Notes: a model not told the origin generated them from the sequence alone. A stretch of DNA of 64,000 nucleotides from Octopus sinensis (GCF_006345805.1 NC_043002.1:55056001-55120000), one strand, 5' to 3'. Positions 53,301 to 63,920 are shown, counted from the first letter of the stretch. Translations and numbers: made by a program.

Positions 53301-56300
53301 ATGAAGTGGATTCACCATTTATGTGCTACCTCTGTGACAGTTCCTTTGATGAAAGAGCCAAATGTTTGGCCCACATAGAACAACAGCACAACACACAATG
53401 GCAAGTTGTTGCCGCCAAAATAAACATTGATAATATCGAGTATTTTTGCAACAAAATGGACCATATCGTTTCTCAAAGATGTAAAATGTCTGCCAACGTT
53501 GATGCTAGCCGGAAGACTGATTATTTAAGCAGAAAAGTTTATTGCTCATTCTGTGCCCAGAGGTTTTGGTTTTTACAAGACTTGCGGTGCCACATGCGAT
53601 CTCATACTGGTAAATATTTTTAAGACAGACTTTAGCTTTGGCAGTGCCCCAGGATGGGCTGCAGCTTTTCAGCTGAAACTAATTATAGATAGTGACAAAG
53701 GAAAAGAAAAAAAATATGCTAGACAGTTTATTGGTGAATTAGCAGAATCGGTAGAGTGTCAGATGAAATGCCTTGTGATATTTAGTTATGGCTCTTTACA
53801 TTCTGGGTTCAAATCCTGCCAAGATCAGCTTTGTTGATACAATAAGTACCTGTCACATACTGGTGTCATTATAATTGACTAATACCGCTCCCCTCAAACT
53901 TTTGGCCTTGTAATTATGTTTGACATTATTATTTTTATTATAATCATTATTATTATCATGAAAAGTAATGTGAGAAGCTGGCAGGATCGTTAGCTGCCAG
54001 GTAAGATGCTTAGCAGCATTTTATCTGTCTTTACATTCTGAGTTCAAATTCCACCAAGATTGACTTTGCTTTTCCTCCTTTTGGGGTCGATAAAGCAAGT
54101 ACCAGTTGTACACTGGGGTTGATGTAATTGACTTATGCCCTACCCCAAAATTGCTGGCCTCATGCCATTATAATTGTTGTTGTTGTTTCATTAAGTTTTG
54201 CATGACCCCTTTATTAATGTGAACCCTATCACTCTTCAGAGGTTGAAGTAAATAATCTGTGACGTGATATATTTTTTTTGTTTTTCTATGCATTACATCA
54301 GTATTTTTGGAAAGTTGTGTGGGTTGGATATTTCTGCAAATATACACATTTACAAGTAACCTTTTCATCTTCCTATTTTCCTTGAGGAAAATGTTTAACA
54401 GCCATATTTCTCTTTATACCATCTACCACTTTATCTTTGCATATTTTGAAGTGGTGGTCACACTTAGAGAGGTAACTGGGGCAGGCAAGCAATGGAATCA
54501 GTTAACAACTTAGAGCTTGGTGATTGAAGAAAATCTTTAAGTGCGAAGGCTGTTTTTAAGGAGACAAAATAAAATAGTTTTGCATATGTTAGACTCAGGT
54601 GAAAAATGGGGCAAAATAATCTCTTTAATTTGATTGAGGTGGGTATTGTATGCATTTAGTAAGGTCAGAGGAAGAGAAACTAATGTGGTTTAATAGTTTC
54701 AAAGACAGGTGATGGGTACATTGTAGTTTGATGTCAGTAGCTTTTTAGCATTTGAATAGGCCACCTCCAACCCAAATATTTTACCTATTTTATTTTCAAA
54801 CTGGCCTTGTGCAGCCTCTCACACTTACACAACAATATCATTGTAAAAATAAGGGTGTTGAGCTGGCACAATTATTAGCATGCCGGGTGAAATGCTTAGT
54901 GGTATTCATCTGCTATTACATTCTCAGTTCAAATTCTGCCAAGGTCAACTTTGCCATTCATCTTTTTGGGGATAGATGTAATTGACTTAATCCCTTTGTC
55001 TGTCCTGTGGGCAATAAAGAAATAAATATCATTGTAAAAATAAACAATGATATTGTCAAAATCTCAAAGCTACGAGATAATGCATGACTAATGTAGAAGA
55101 ATGTGAATAAATAAGCTTTACATTTGACAAAGATAATCTGAATGTTAAACGGTTTAACATGTCAGCAATGACATTTTTCTGTGGAAGGAATAAATTTTTT
55201 GTTCTTTATCAATGGAAATTCATCAATTGCAAGTTAAATTCCACTTCTTGGAATCCCCTTATTATTGTTTCTAGCAGCTTTTTTTTTTCTTGGGGACCAT
55301 ATATTATCTGAGTTGACTAACCTCGAATAAGATTAAACATTACAAATTTAAGTAAACACTTTCAATCTAAGATTTGATCACTCAACTGATGTTAGTGCAA
55401 TATATTGGATCTTTTGAGAGTTTAATTTTTTTTTGGACAAACTCCTCAGAGAAGTGCATTCGACCTCTGTATGCAGTGACCTCATTATTATTATTATTAT
55501 TATTACTAAAGATGGTTAGGTCACAAGATCATTAGCATGGAGGACAAAATGCTTAGTGGCATTTCATCTGTCCTTATGTTCAGAGTTCAAATACTTCCAA
55601 AGTCAATTTTGCCTTTTGTCCTTCTGGGGTCATAAAATAAGTACCAGCTGAGCACTGGGATTGATGTAATTGACTATCCCCACCCCACCCCAACTGCATC
55701 TACCACAAAAAAAAAACAAATTCAACCTTTTGCCTAATGTAGAGAGGATTATTATTATTAACACACAACTGGTAGAATTGGTAACTTTGAATGGAGGATA
55801 ATATTAATCTAATTTCGATTTGTTCCTCTGTGTTTAGGGTTCAAATTCTGTCAGGGTTAAGCTTTGTCTTTTATCAATAAAATAAGTTCCAGTAATTTGG
55901 TGAAACAATTCAGTAGACAGATCTGATTTCTGAAAATTGAAATTTGTTTTGGAATGAGGAGAGACTGAGTATATTACAGGTACTTATTATTTTATCTTTC
56001 ACTTGTTTCAGTCATTAGACTGTGGCCATGCTGGGACACCAATGCCCTGAAGAATTTTTTTTTAAGCCTGGGACTTATTTTACTGAACTGCTAAGTTACA
56101 GGGATGTAAACACACCAACATCGGTTGTCAAGCAAAGATGGCAGATAAGCACAGACACAAAGGCACACACACACACGTGAATATGACAGGCTTCTTTCAG
56201 TTTCTGTCTACCAAATCCACTCACATGGCTTTAGTTGGTCCAGTACTGTAGAAAAAAAAAAACATTTGCCTAAGGTGCCACACAGTGGGACTGAACCCGG

Positions 56301-59300
56301 AACCATTTGGTTGGGAAGCAAGCTTCTTACCACACAGCTACATCTGTACTTGGTATGTGGAGATTTCATTTGATCAAGAGAAGCCATGAAACAAATATTT
56401 GAATTTCCATAACCTCCTCTATTGTCATTTTTACCTCTGCATTGATTATTTTTCCATTTGCCTGACTTTAGCATCACCTGTAGCTTATGTTAACATGATG
56501 ATAAGTAAGAAATCTTATCACAATTTCTTAGCTGGCTGCACCCTCCTCCTCCTCTAACATCAGTTTTCTGTTTAGGCATGGGTTGTACAGTTCGACAGGA
56601 GCTTGGGAGCCAGAAGACTCATCAGACCCCAATACCTGCATGGTTAGACACCCTTCACTTATGCCACCCACTTTACTGGGCATACTGGGTGCTTTCTATG
56701 TGGCACCAGCATGGGGGGGGGGGGTGTCACCAAGTAACTCACAAGAGCAGACCCTTCAAATGTGTGGAGTGTCTTTATTGAGGGAGGTGATGAGAGGTTG
56801 AAGTATGACAGAGGGATAGAGACAGGTGCCTTGAAGATACATGGTTACCTTTCATTGGAAGGGGAAGAAGAGGGTGGTTTAAGATGTTAAATAGATAACA
56901 AACACAATGTCTGGTACCTTTTACAGAAAATAATTGCAGGTAGAGGAAGTGGAGTGGTTATGACTCGCTCAGCCGTAAGAGTTGGTCAAAGATGGCATGA
57001 CCAATACTCATGATCTTCATAGAGTCTTCCAGATTGGTGAGATCAATACGATTGATGTTCAGTTTAAACATGACTTTGTGGTTAAGAAATTCACTTGACA
57101 GTCATGTGTTCTTAAATTTAGTCCTACTGCATGGCATCTTGGACAGGTGCCTGTTATGAAAACCTGAGGTAGACCGATGCCTTTTGTGAAATTGGGAGAC
57201 GGGAACTGCAAAAGCCTAATATGCATGTGTCACGTCTTTCCTTGGGTAGAACAGTGTCTTTACTGATGTTTTTTTTTAACTTAGTGGTGCAACAAATAGA
57301 GAATGTTCAGCTAAGTGAAAGATTTAAAAGTAAGTCACAGAGTTGATGTGAATAACTACAACCCTTCAATGTAGTGCTACAGCATGGCCACAGTTCAAGA
57401 ACTGGAGCATGTGCAAAGTGAATGGGATGTCTACAGGAAAAACATGAACAAGAGGTATTCTAAAGTGTTGTAATGGCAGGAAGGAAGAATTTTGAGAAAT
57501 GTACAGGATGGGGATGTGGAGGTGTGTCTCTTGTATAAGAGTTGACTGGTTCAGAGAAGCAGGGAACCATTGTAGTAGTGGCGATTAAAGAGGCAGGGAA
57601 CCTATTTCAAAGATATGGCTTGCCAAGAATTTACTACCATTGACCAAAGCCCTGTGAATGAATTTAATTGACAGAAACAGAAAAAAAGCCCATTGAATGA
57701 AGTTACGCATGTGTACATATATGTGTATATATATGTGTGTGTTTGTGTTTTATGTGTTTGTGTTTTATGTGTTTGTTTATATTGTATTTTCCTCCTATGA
57801 AAGTCAAAGCTATGAGTGGTAGTGGATACACTGTCCCTTCAGCTGAAGGGATTGTCTTGCAAGTTACTCCCAACCCTGTTGATGCTGGTGTCACATAAAA
57901 AAAGAAAAAAAAAAGCACCCAGTACACTCAGTAAAGAGGTTGGTGTTAAGAAGGGCATTCGACCACAGAAACCATGCCAAAGCAGACAAATGGAACCTGG
58001 TGCAACCCTGGGCCTTACTAGCTCCTGTCAAAGCATCCAACCGATGCCATGGAAAATAAGCGTTAAATGATGATGATGATGAATTGGAAAACAGATGTAA
58101 AAATAACTGAATGGATTCTGTAGAGTCCTCGAAAAGGTCAATACATCAGCTGTGGCATTTGGTACTCAAATTTTGCACTCATCTTTAAAAACATTTTAAT
58201 TTTATTTGTTAATTTCTCTGAATTTGGAAAACATTTTTCAAGAATGAAAATGATATAAAAAAAATTTCTTGTTTTTTCAAATTGTTCCAAAAAGTGTTCT
58301 GTGACCAATCTTTAGGAATTGTAAACTCTCCTGTATTCTCTGTGGATTTGGAAACTCTTTCAATTTGGTGTGGTTGTGTGGTAAGAAGTTTGCTATGCAA
58401 CTGCATAGTTTCAGGTTCAATCTTACTGCATGGCACATTGGGAAAGCATCTTCCACTATAGTCCTGGGCCAACCAAAGCCTTGTAGATGGAAACTGAAAG
58501 AAGCCTGTTGTATGTATGTGTGTGTATGTTACTGTCTCTTTGTCTTGACTTCATGCTTTAGTTGTAGACGAATGTCACCATCAGGCAAGCAATGTCCTAT
58601 GTCTCTAATCTTTCATGAAAACATGTCTGGTGATGGGGATATATTACACCTTGCTGGGAAACAGGTGACAGGAAGGGCATCCAGCTGTAGAAAATTCATT
58701 TCAGCAAATTCTGTCCAACCCATGCAAGCATGGAAAAGTGGACATTAAGATGATGTTGATGGTGATGACTAGTATTATTTATATTTTTATTTTATTTCTG
58801 CAGTTAATAATTTTATTGAAGAAAACCAGGACCAATCGAAATCAGATTCAGAAATCAACAGAACAAAAGTAAGTCACAGCCAGTTCCTTTTTATTAATTT
58901 TATAATCATTTCATCTGTTTGTTGTTAGTTTTTGAATTTTATTTTTAATTCAATCAAAAAGGAAATTTTCCCCTAGTATTTTGCATGCTTTAATAAAGAG
59001 AGAGAGAGAGAGAGATCCCTAAAGAGGCTTTATACATATACAAGGTCTGGTCAGAAAGTAATGGGACTGTTGCTATGGTAACAGAGCTAAAGTGTGCAGA
59101 GTGAAGCCACTTGGCACAGATGGACCTTGAACTCTGTCGTGCATGCACACTAAGTTATAATGTTCTCACTCACTTTTGTTGTTTGTAGCAGTGCTTGGCA
59201 GTAAAGTGTGTAGAGTATGGTCATCTCAAAAGGAAGATAGGGATTCAGCTGTTCAGGATCTCCTTGTGTCAAGGAAGATGGAAACTCTTTGAAAATGGTC

Positions 59301-62300
59301 ATAGCAGGTGATGAATTGTGGGTCTATGGCTATGACCCTTTCCTTTTTCCAAAAATTCCCACTTGAAAAGAGCGAGATTTCAAGATGAGGAAATTGAAGA
59401 GAATGCTTCAAGGCAACTGCTCACTACCCCCAAAAAGAGGTTCCAGGAATGCTTCCATCAATGGAAACAATACTGGATATAAAGTGTATAACTTCAGAAG
59501 GGGACAACTTCGAAGGAGATTAAATGCCAGGTTGATATGGGTTGTAGTTTTCTTTTTATAGCACCAGTCCCCCGAAGTATCTGCTTATCATATCTAATGT
59601 ATATAAGCCATTTGAAAGGCATGATGCTGTTAAAAACACATATATGAGTGCAAGATGAAATAATATCTCAGCAATGACTCCTGAGAATGATAGACATATC
59701 TCTGCCTTTTTGGGTCGTGTCCATGATGTATACCCAATAGCCATATTCCTAGACAAAATCTGTCCCCACTGACACTGCAGAAAGCTTGCCAAGCTGAAAT
59801 AAACTCAGCATATGCATCTAGAACAGCACTGAATTAAAATAGACCCCTGTTTATCACATCTAATATATGTTACTTATGATGAACAGATGGCTAGTTTTTA
59901 ATTTAGTGCTGTTTCAGTTGTGCACACTGAGTTTCTATTCATACTGTGCCCTAAAGGGAACTCAACTAATTGGTTGAAAACCTTACCTCATGAAACAATA
60001 ATCTGTTTTAAGTTAGTAGGGTGTGATCTGAAAAAGATTTAGCTGCTGTTTCTAGAATGTCTATAACTATATGAGTAGGTGTGGCTGTGTGGTAAGAAGC
60101 TTGCTTGTCAACCACACGGTTCTGGGTTCACTCCCATTGCATGACACCTTGGGCAAGTGACTTCTGCTGTATCCTTAGGGTTACCAAAAACATTGTGAGT
60201 GGATTTTGTTGAAGGAAACTGAAAGAAGCTTGTCATATATATATGTCTGTGTGTGTGTATTTGTCCCCAACCACTGCTTGACAACTGGTGTTGGTGTGTT
60301 TATGTCCCCATAACTTAGGGGTTCAGCAAAAGAGATTGATAGAATAAGCACCCAGCTTTAAAAAAAGGAAATTAAATCCTGGGGTTGATTCATTTAACTG
60401 AAAATCCTTTAAGGTGGTACTCCAGCATGACCACAGTCCAATGACTGAAATAAGTAAATGAAAAGCTAAATTAATAAGCCATGGATTCAGTGGCTGGTTT
60501 TGAGTGAAGAGGGTGTGATTTGGGTAAATCTATAGTTTCACACCAGACTCGATTTTGGTACTAAATAATTTTTTTCTGTGTTTCTTTTTTGGGGTGGTGG
60601 TGCAATCGTCTTAGTTGACCTCTTAAGCTGTCGGAAATGCATTCTTTCCATGGAAAATAGAGGCAGAGAACCTTGGAAATTCCCTTTCCCGACTCCATCC
60701 CCTGCATTTTTTTCGTTGCAATTGTCTTAATTGACATCATACATATAATCAGTCAATTCCATCTACAGATTGGATATTCTAATTAAAATGTTTGTTTGCT
60801 GGAATTGAGCAGATGAGCAAACGTTGCTTTTGTTGTTCCTCTAACTAGACAGAAGTGTGATGAAGCAACATTGCTTCCACCAATTTAAAAATACATCAAA
60901 CCTGGCTCAGTTATCTACAGTGATTCTTGGTACAAACATTGGGTTATCAGCATTACATGATAAAGCACAAAGAAAATTTTGTTGACACCCACATGCATCG
61001 AACATTTTTGGTGAGATTTAAAAGAATGAGTGAAAAGGCCGGCTATTCGTTCAAACTATCTACACCAATACCTGGCCAGGTATTTATTTATCTCTGCTAC
61101 ATAATCAGCATCATTGTTTAATGTCCATTTTCTATGCTGGTATGGGTTGGACAGCTTGACTGAGGTCTGGAAAGCTAGTAGGCTGCACCAGCCTCCAATC
61201 TGATCTGGCAGTGTTTCTACAGATGGATGCCCTTCTTAGCACCAATGACTGAGTGTAGTGGGTGCTTTTTATATGCCACTGGCACAGGAGCCAGTCAGGC
61301 AGGCCTGGCAGTGATCACATTCAGATGGTGCTTTTTACATACCAAGAGCCACTCAGTGGGTACTGGCATCAGCCATGATTGGTTGGTGGTTTTTACATGC
61401 CACTGGCCACAGCTATGATATTGGTTTTACTTGACTCAACAGGTGTTCTCACGCATATATTGCTTGTTTCATCAGGGTTATACTTAACAGGGCTGGACGT
61501 GCATGGCTGCAATCTCACTTTAGTTGCTGGGTCTTCTCAATTACAGCATATTTCCAAAGGTCCTGGTCTCCTGTCATTGCTTCTGTGAGGCCCAATGTTT
61601 GAAGGTCATGCTTCACCACCTCATCCCATGTCTTTCTGGGTCTACCTCTTCCACAGGTTCCTTCTACAGTTAGGGAGTGGCACTTACACACAGTCTTCAT
61701 TCATATGTAACACATGACCATACCAGTGCAGAAGCCTCTCTTGCACACCACATCTGATGCTTCTTATGCCCAACTTTTCCCTCAGGGCACCTGCACACTG
61801 GCATTACACATCCAGTGGATCATACTAGCATAATTTCTTTCAAGTATTCATGGCCCATGTTTCACTGTCGTATAGCATGGCAGTTCACACACATGCATCA
61901 TACAGTCCACCTTTCATCCTGAGCGAGGTCCTTAGTTGCCAGCAAAGGTAGGAGCTCCCCGAACTTTGCCCAGGCTATTCTTACTCTAGTTGCTACCCCC
62001 ACCACAGACTTGGTCATGGAAACTATTAACTACTCCTAGTTTCTCCCGCTGGCATGTGATCGAATCTGTTTTCTGTACAGAAAGCAAAAATAATTGCTGC
62101 ACCAAAATTATATACAGATTGCCAGTAAAGGATCAATTCCTGCACAAATCTGGAGACAGAAGATATACAGGACAACTCTAAGCTCTGCTCCCCTGTTTTT
62201 TGCAGAAAAATGCATTTCCAACAGCATATTAGGTTAACTAAGACAACACCACCCCCTCAAAAAAAAAAAAAAAAACGCGTGGAAAAATTATTTTGTACTG

Positions 62301-62707
62301 AGTCTGGTGTGAAGCTATAAATTTACCGTGATTTGAAAAAGATTTGGCTGCTATTTCTAGAATGTGGATAACTAAATAAGCAATAGGAGAAACCACTACA
62401 TGGATCCCTTGTATGCTAGAAATAGACATCAAACCGTCTTACCACAAAATCTGTGTTCTCATAAGCTGTAGATTGAAAGGCTAGAGTACAAAATGTCCAA
62501 TGCGTTGGTTGATAATTAAATCTGTGTCTTTGTTTTGGCTCTTTTCAGGGTCAACTGCCCATGGAAATAGCATTCGAGGAGAGTCAAGAGGATTGTAAGA
62601 GTGACATCCTTCCTGAAATATTGGGTCTCAATGAATCCGACATTGAGAAAATGTTAGAAAATGCTACTTCAGGGGGTAACTTGAGTTATATTGCTTCAGA
62701 CAAATAA
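11867..62707 (+). CDS. RREB1: RREB1/Hindsight-like multi-C2H2 zinc-finger transcription factor (gene span; about 1335 aa from exon 14318 to stop, N-terminus uncertain)
   Basis: Exons with GT-AG sites and matching phases sum to 4008 nt (divisible by 3). Family-typical fingers: [102 protein letters not shown], RFWxLQDLRxHMRSHT. Also PxDLS motifs and DLASVKQIL. Confidence 0.92.
12637..13205 (-). mobile_element. RTE LINE 3' remnant
   Basis: Same 3' UTR (catgctggcatgggttggacgg) and degenerate GRPRKTW region. Confidence 0.7.
14318..14578 (+). CDS. RREB1: Exon VAKSDEEP...RKSSGK; contains candidate start MDAKS at 14357
   Basis: tttgcag acceptor, GTAGGC donor, 261 nt, phase 0/0. Confidence 0.8.
15157..15676 (+). 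mobile_element. 5'-truncated CR1-group LINE 3' end
   Basis: [30 protein letters not shown]; frameshift near 15435, then [19 protein letters not shown]; (ATT)n tail. Confidence 0.87.
16024..16437. mobile_element. Penelope-like inverted terminal-repeat insertion A (hammerhead arms + partial tRNA-like head)
   Basis: Inverted arms of about 140 bp; 10-bp direct repeat CAGCAAAGTA at 16014-16023 and 16438-16447. Confidence 0.8.
16861..17182. mobile_element. hAT-like MITE
   Basis: CAGAGGTTCTCAAACT left end, degenerate right end; flanks ttttaaac/tcttaaac. Confidence 0.65.
18602..18680. repeat. (GA)n microsatellite
   Basis: Direct inspection. Confidence 0.9.
19271..19752 (+). mobile_element. Internally deleted mariner transposon remnant
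   Basis: TA + TTAGGTTGTCCAGAAAGTTC 5' TIR; [45 protein letters not shown] (YSPDLAPxD motif, frameshifted). Confidence 0.85.
20224..20438 (+). mobile_element. tRNA-derived SINE family 1 (representative of more than 20 copies)
   Basis: A box TGGCAGAAATG, B box GTTCAAATTCC, central GCCTTTCATCCTTTtGGGGTcGATAAA..AAGTACCAG (Meta-domain-like, from recall). Other copies near 960, 1290, 1700, 4420, 4650, 6860, 10380, 13210, 13460, 20460, 25190, 25390, 29200, 37800, 38980, 43110, 44060, 47650, 49870, 52310, 53740, 53970, 54860, 55510. Confidence 0.85.
20715..21320. repeat. Low-complexity trinucleotide region (CAT/CAC/CCT/GTT)
   Basis: Mixed trinucleotide runs that produce spurious poly-H/T/S ORFs. 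Confidence 0.85.
21630..22721 (-). mobile_element. 5'-truncated RTE LINE with 3' UTR and (GAT)n tail
   Basis: [34 protein letters not shown]; candidate TSD ATACAGACATA (21619) / ATACAAACATA (22722). Confidence 0.88.
22730..24480. repeat. Compound (TA)n array: CATACGTGTA-punctuated half, then (TATG)-punctuated half
   Basis: Direct inspection; short non-repeat break at about 23925-23990. Confidence 0.97.
25585..26165 (-). mobile_element. 3' end of R4/Dong-like (RLE) LINE with (TAA)n tail
   Basis: [39 protein letters not shown], typical RLE C-terminus; trinucleotide tail 25585-25750. Confidence 0.7.
26227..26496. mobile_element. hAT(Charlie)-like MITE
   Basis: CAGTGTTTCCCAACC / GGTTGAGAACCACTG termini; TSD not recognisable. 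Confidence 0.7.
27207..27408 (+). CDS. RREB1: Exon with ZF1-ZF2
   Basis: tttcag acceptor, GTAAGG donor; CPQC..HLRSH and [12 protein letters not shown]; phase 0/1. Confidence 0.93.
27766..28460 (-). mobile_element. RTE LINE 3' remnant
   Basis: Same 3' UTR and (GAT)n tail, with degenerate C-terminal coding. Confidence 0.75.
28663..29013 (-). mobile_element. Penelope-like insertion B (tRNA-like head + hammerhead on minus strand, short inverted tail)
   Basis: 9-bp direct repeat ACTGCTCTA at 28654-28662 and 29014-29022; same unit as A, C and D. Confidence 0.8.
28712..28757 (-). ncRNA. Minimal type I hammerhead motif, one stem II mismatch
   Basis: GACAC CUGAUGA A GGCUG..CAACC GAAA UGUU GUGUU. 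Confidence 0.65.
29788..30032 (+). CDS. RREB1: Exon with ZF3 ([27 protein letters not shown]); 3' end uncertain
   Basis: tttgtag acceptor completes the G codon. Best phase-0 donor is CCT|GTAAAT; alternative GAT|GTACAT at 30023. Confidence 0.8.
30695..30830 (+). mobile_element. Possible hAT-like MITE fragment
   Basis: CAGGGCTGGCCCTTAGG start and ggtgccccctggcgactgcc internal motif; right end not seen. Confidence 0.35.
31294..32089 (+). CDS. RREB1: Large exon: PQDLS, ZF4, ZF5, start of ZF6
   Basis: tttcag acceptor, AAAA|GTAAGA donor, open frame (ORF 31273); phase 0/1. Confidence 0.9.
32376..32717. mobile_element. Penelope-like inverted insertion C
   Basis: Inverted arms around an (AAT)n spacer; 12-bp direct repeat ACATATATTATA at 32364-32375 and 32718-32729. 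Confidence 0.78.
33500..35680. repeat. ~2.2-kb degenerate (TA)n/(TACA) array
   Basis: Direct inspection. Confidence 0.97.
35835..36068 (+). mobile_element. Young RTE-tail short element (CpGs intact)
   Basis: ggcacgtaaaaagcaccc..ggaagggcatccagc..ccaacccatgctagcatggaaagcggacgttaaacg(atg)n. Confidence 0.75.
36413..36757. mobile_element. GTTAAC-rich hAT-like MITE
   Basis: Imperfect TIRs CAAAcc/ggTG(G/A)GCACC..ATTAAT; 8-bp TSD actagtag/actattag. Confidence 0.7.
40707..40884 (+). CDS. RREB1: Exon completing ZF6, with ZF7 and most of ZF8
   Basis: ttttag acceptor; [60 protein letters not shown]; GTAAGC donor; phase 1/2. Confidence 0.95.
42016..42325 (+). CDS. RREB1: Exon completing ZF8, with ZF9-ZF10
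   Basis: tttag acceptor; KKH...[36 protein letters not shown]; GTAAGT donor; phase 2/0. Confidence 0.94.
43329..43732. mobile_element. Penelope-like head-to-head insertion D
   Basis: Minus-strand unit 43329-43602 and plus-strand tRNA head plus partial body 43604-43732; no clear TSD. Confidence 0.75.
43407..43452 (-). ncRNA. Minimal type I hammerhead ribozyme motif (best copy)
   Basis: GACAC-CUGAUGA-A-GGCUG(GAGGGUAUAU)CAGCC-GAAA-UGUU-GUGUU: stem I GACAC/GUGUU, 5-bp stem II, intact core, GUU site. Confidence 0.75.
45620..45892 (+). CDS. RREB1: Exon with PLDLR and PIDLS motifs
   Basis: tttctag acceptor, GTAGGT donor, 273 nt open, phase 0/0. Confidence 0.88.
46716..46917 (+). CDS. RREB1: Linker exon TSKSTDP...SPVAF
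   Basis: tcctttcag acceptor, GTAAGA donor, open, phase 0/1. Confidence 0.78.
48171..48391 (+). CDS. RREB1: Exon [14 protein letters not shown]...EDNINL
   Basis: Acceptor AAG at 48170 (or CAG at 48176), GTATGT donor, phase 1/0. DLAxVxQIL resembles the RREB1 conserved linker motif. Confidence 0.85.
49297..49495 (+). CDS. RREB1: Exon with ZF11 ([32 protein letters not shown])
   Basis: tttcag acceptor, GTAATT donor, phase 0/1. Confidence 0.93.
50630..50803 (+). CDS. RREB1: Exon with ZF12 and start of ZF13
   Basis: tttgcag acceptor; [23 protein letters not shown]; G|GTTTGT donor; phase 1/1. Confidence 0.92.
51711..51901 (+). CDS. RREB1: Exon completing ZF13 ([11 protein letters not shown]), with Asn-rich tract
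   Basis: ttccccacag acceptor, CAG|GTAACA donor, phase 1/0. Confidence 0.88.
53078..53609 (+). CDS. RREB1: Exon with ZF14 and ZF15
   Basis: atttcag acceptor; CYLC..HIEQQH; [26 protein letters not shown]; G|GTAAAT donor; phase 0/1. Confidence 0.93.
58804..58868 (+). CDS. RREB1: 65-nt exon (V)[21 protein letters not shown]
   Basis: Long U-rich tract + ctgcag acceptor, perfect GTAAGT donor, open, phase 1/0 bridges the neighbouring exons. Confidence 0.72.
59041..59601 (+). mobile_element. Internally deleted mariner remnant (second family)
   Basis: TA-CAAGGTCTGGTCAGAAAGTAATGGGACTG TIR; [11 protein letters not shown]; [21 protein letters not shown]; degenerate 3' TIR. Confidence 0.8.
60075..60463 (+). 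mobile_element. tRNA-derived SINE family 2, CORE-like (representative)
   Basis: GGCTGTGTGGTAAGAAG..GGGTTCA head, caccttgggcaagtg core, internal (TG)n, tail ccagcatggccacagt..gactgaaa. Other copies near 1-90, 5900, 14040(-), 46980, 55990(-), 58370, 63410. Confidence 0.8.
61103..62065 (-). mobile_element. RTE LINE remnant, same family as 21630-22721
   Basis: [28 protein letters not shown] and shared 3' UTR. Confidence 0.82.
62549..62707 (+). CDS. RREB1: Probable terminal coding exon GQLPMEI...[24 protein letters not shown]...DK*
   Basis: cttttcag acceptor, phase 0, TAA TGA stops. The D-I-L-x-x-I-L-G...M-L pattern resembles the invertebrate Hindsight C-terminal motif (from recall). Confidence 0.72.
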   Translation, partial: GQLPMEIAFEESQEDCKSDILPEILGLNESDIEKMLENATSGGNLSYIASDK

Positions 62708-63006
62708 TGAGGGCATTTTATTGGACACAACTCCTTGTTGGAGAAAATGAAGAATGTTACAAATTTCAAGAGAAAACAAGAAAAAAAACAAAACAAAACA
62801 AAAAAGACAAACCTGTTCCCTTTCTCAACTTGTTATTTGGCTGGGAGCATTCTTGACCCCAAAACTTGTTGGATTCCATAAATATCGGATGAAGATTTCG
62901 CTTATTTTTTATTTTCATTTTTTTCCTGGTTTCTATTTTTTTAAAAAACTTGTTGGAACTTCAGAGTTGATATTGTTTCTAATCTTTATTATCAGTTTTG
63001 TTATAA

Positions 63007-63012
63007 ATTAAA
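63007..63012 (+). terminator. Possible polyadenylation signal ATTAAA
   Basis: About 300 nt after the stop, in an AT-rich 3' UTR; weak. Confidence 0.25.
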
Positions 63013-63885
63013 AAGAAAAAAAAATATATATTAAAAATATATATATATATATGTCAACCTTCTCCCTCCTACTAGAAACATGTGTGTGTGTTTATAAATG
63101 TATTTATAGTAAAGGTTCCTGGTTTAGTTTTGGCATATTCAGCTCAGGATCATGTGGTCATGGGTTCGATTTCCAGCAGTGCATTGTGCCCTTAAGCAAG
63201 ACACTTTATTTCCTGTTGCCCATGAGTCGTACCAGTAATTCAAATGGGTTGGCCTTGTCACATTCAGCATCAGGCTGAATCTCCCCAAGCACTCCACAGA
63301 GTGCTCAACTGCTTGCTCATTAATTTCATGAGCAGGCTGTTCTGTTGATCAGATCAACCGACAACCTACCAGTTATATATCTATGTATGTATGCCTGCTT
63401 GCCTATGTGATTAAGAGGTTTGCTTGGCAATCATGTGGTTTTAGGTTCAGTCCCATAGTATGCCACCCTGGAGTAACCAATACCTTTCAAGTGAAATGCA
63501 GTTGGTGGAAACTGTGTTGAAGTCTGTCATCTATTTCCACACACTCATGTGTATGTCTGTATTATGTTTGTGTTCATATTTACACTGGTGAAAACCAAAC
63601 CAGTGTGTTGCTTATGTCCGTTAACTTAGCAGTTTGATTAGTTGAGTTCCGGACTGAATTAAATATTGGGGTCGATGTGATTGACTAAAAGAACCCTTCG
63701 AGGCAGTGCCCTAGCATGGCTGTAGTCCAATGACTGAAACCAGCATAAAAATAAAATAATATACATGATATAATTATATAAAGTATTATATAATGTTAAA
63801 AATAGTTTTGCGTGACTGTGTACATTATAATATATATATATATATATGCATAAATGTGTGTTTGTGTCTCATTTTATATGTATGC

Positions 63886-63920
<35 letters not shown>

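Noticed and set aside
54590-54625. CAG|GT GAA AAA (GEK) possible finger exon start
   Set aside because: Continues WGKII with no Cys; poor polypyrimidine tract.
56749-56781. RPFKCVEC looks like the missing linker/finger
   Set aside because: Stops immediately (LY*), has no His pair or acceptor, and lies within a reverse-oriented repeat.
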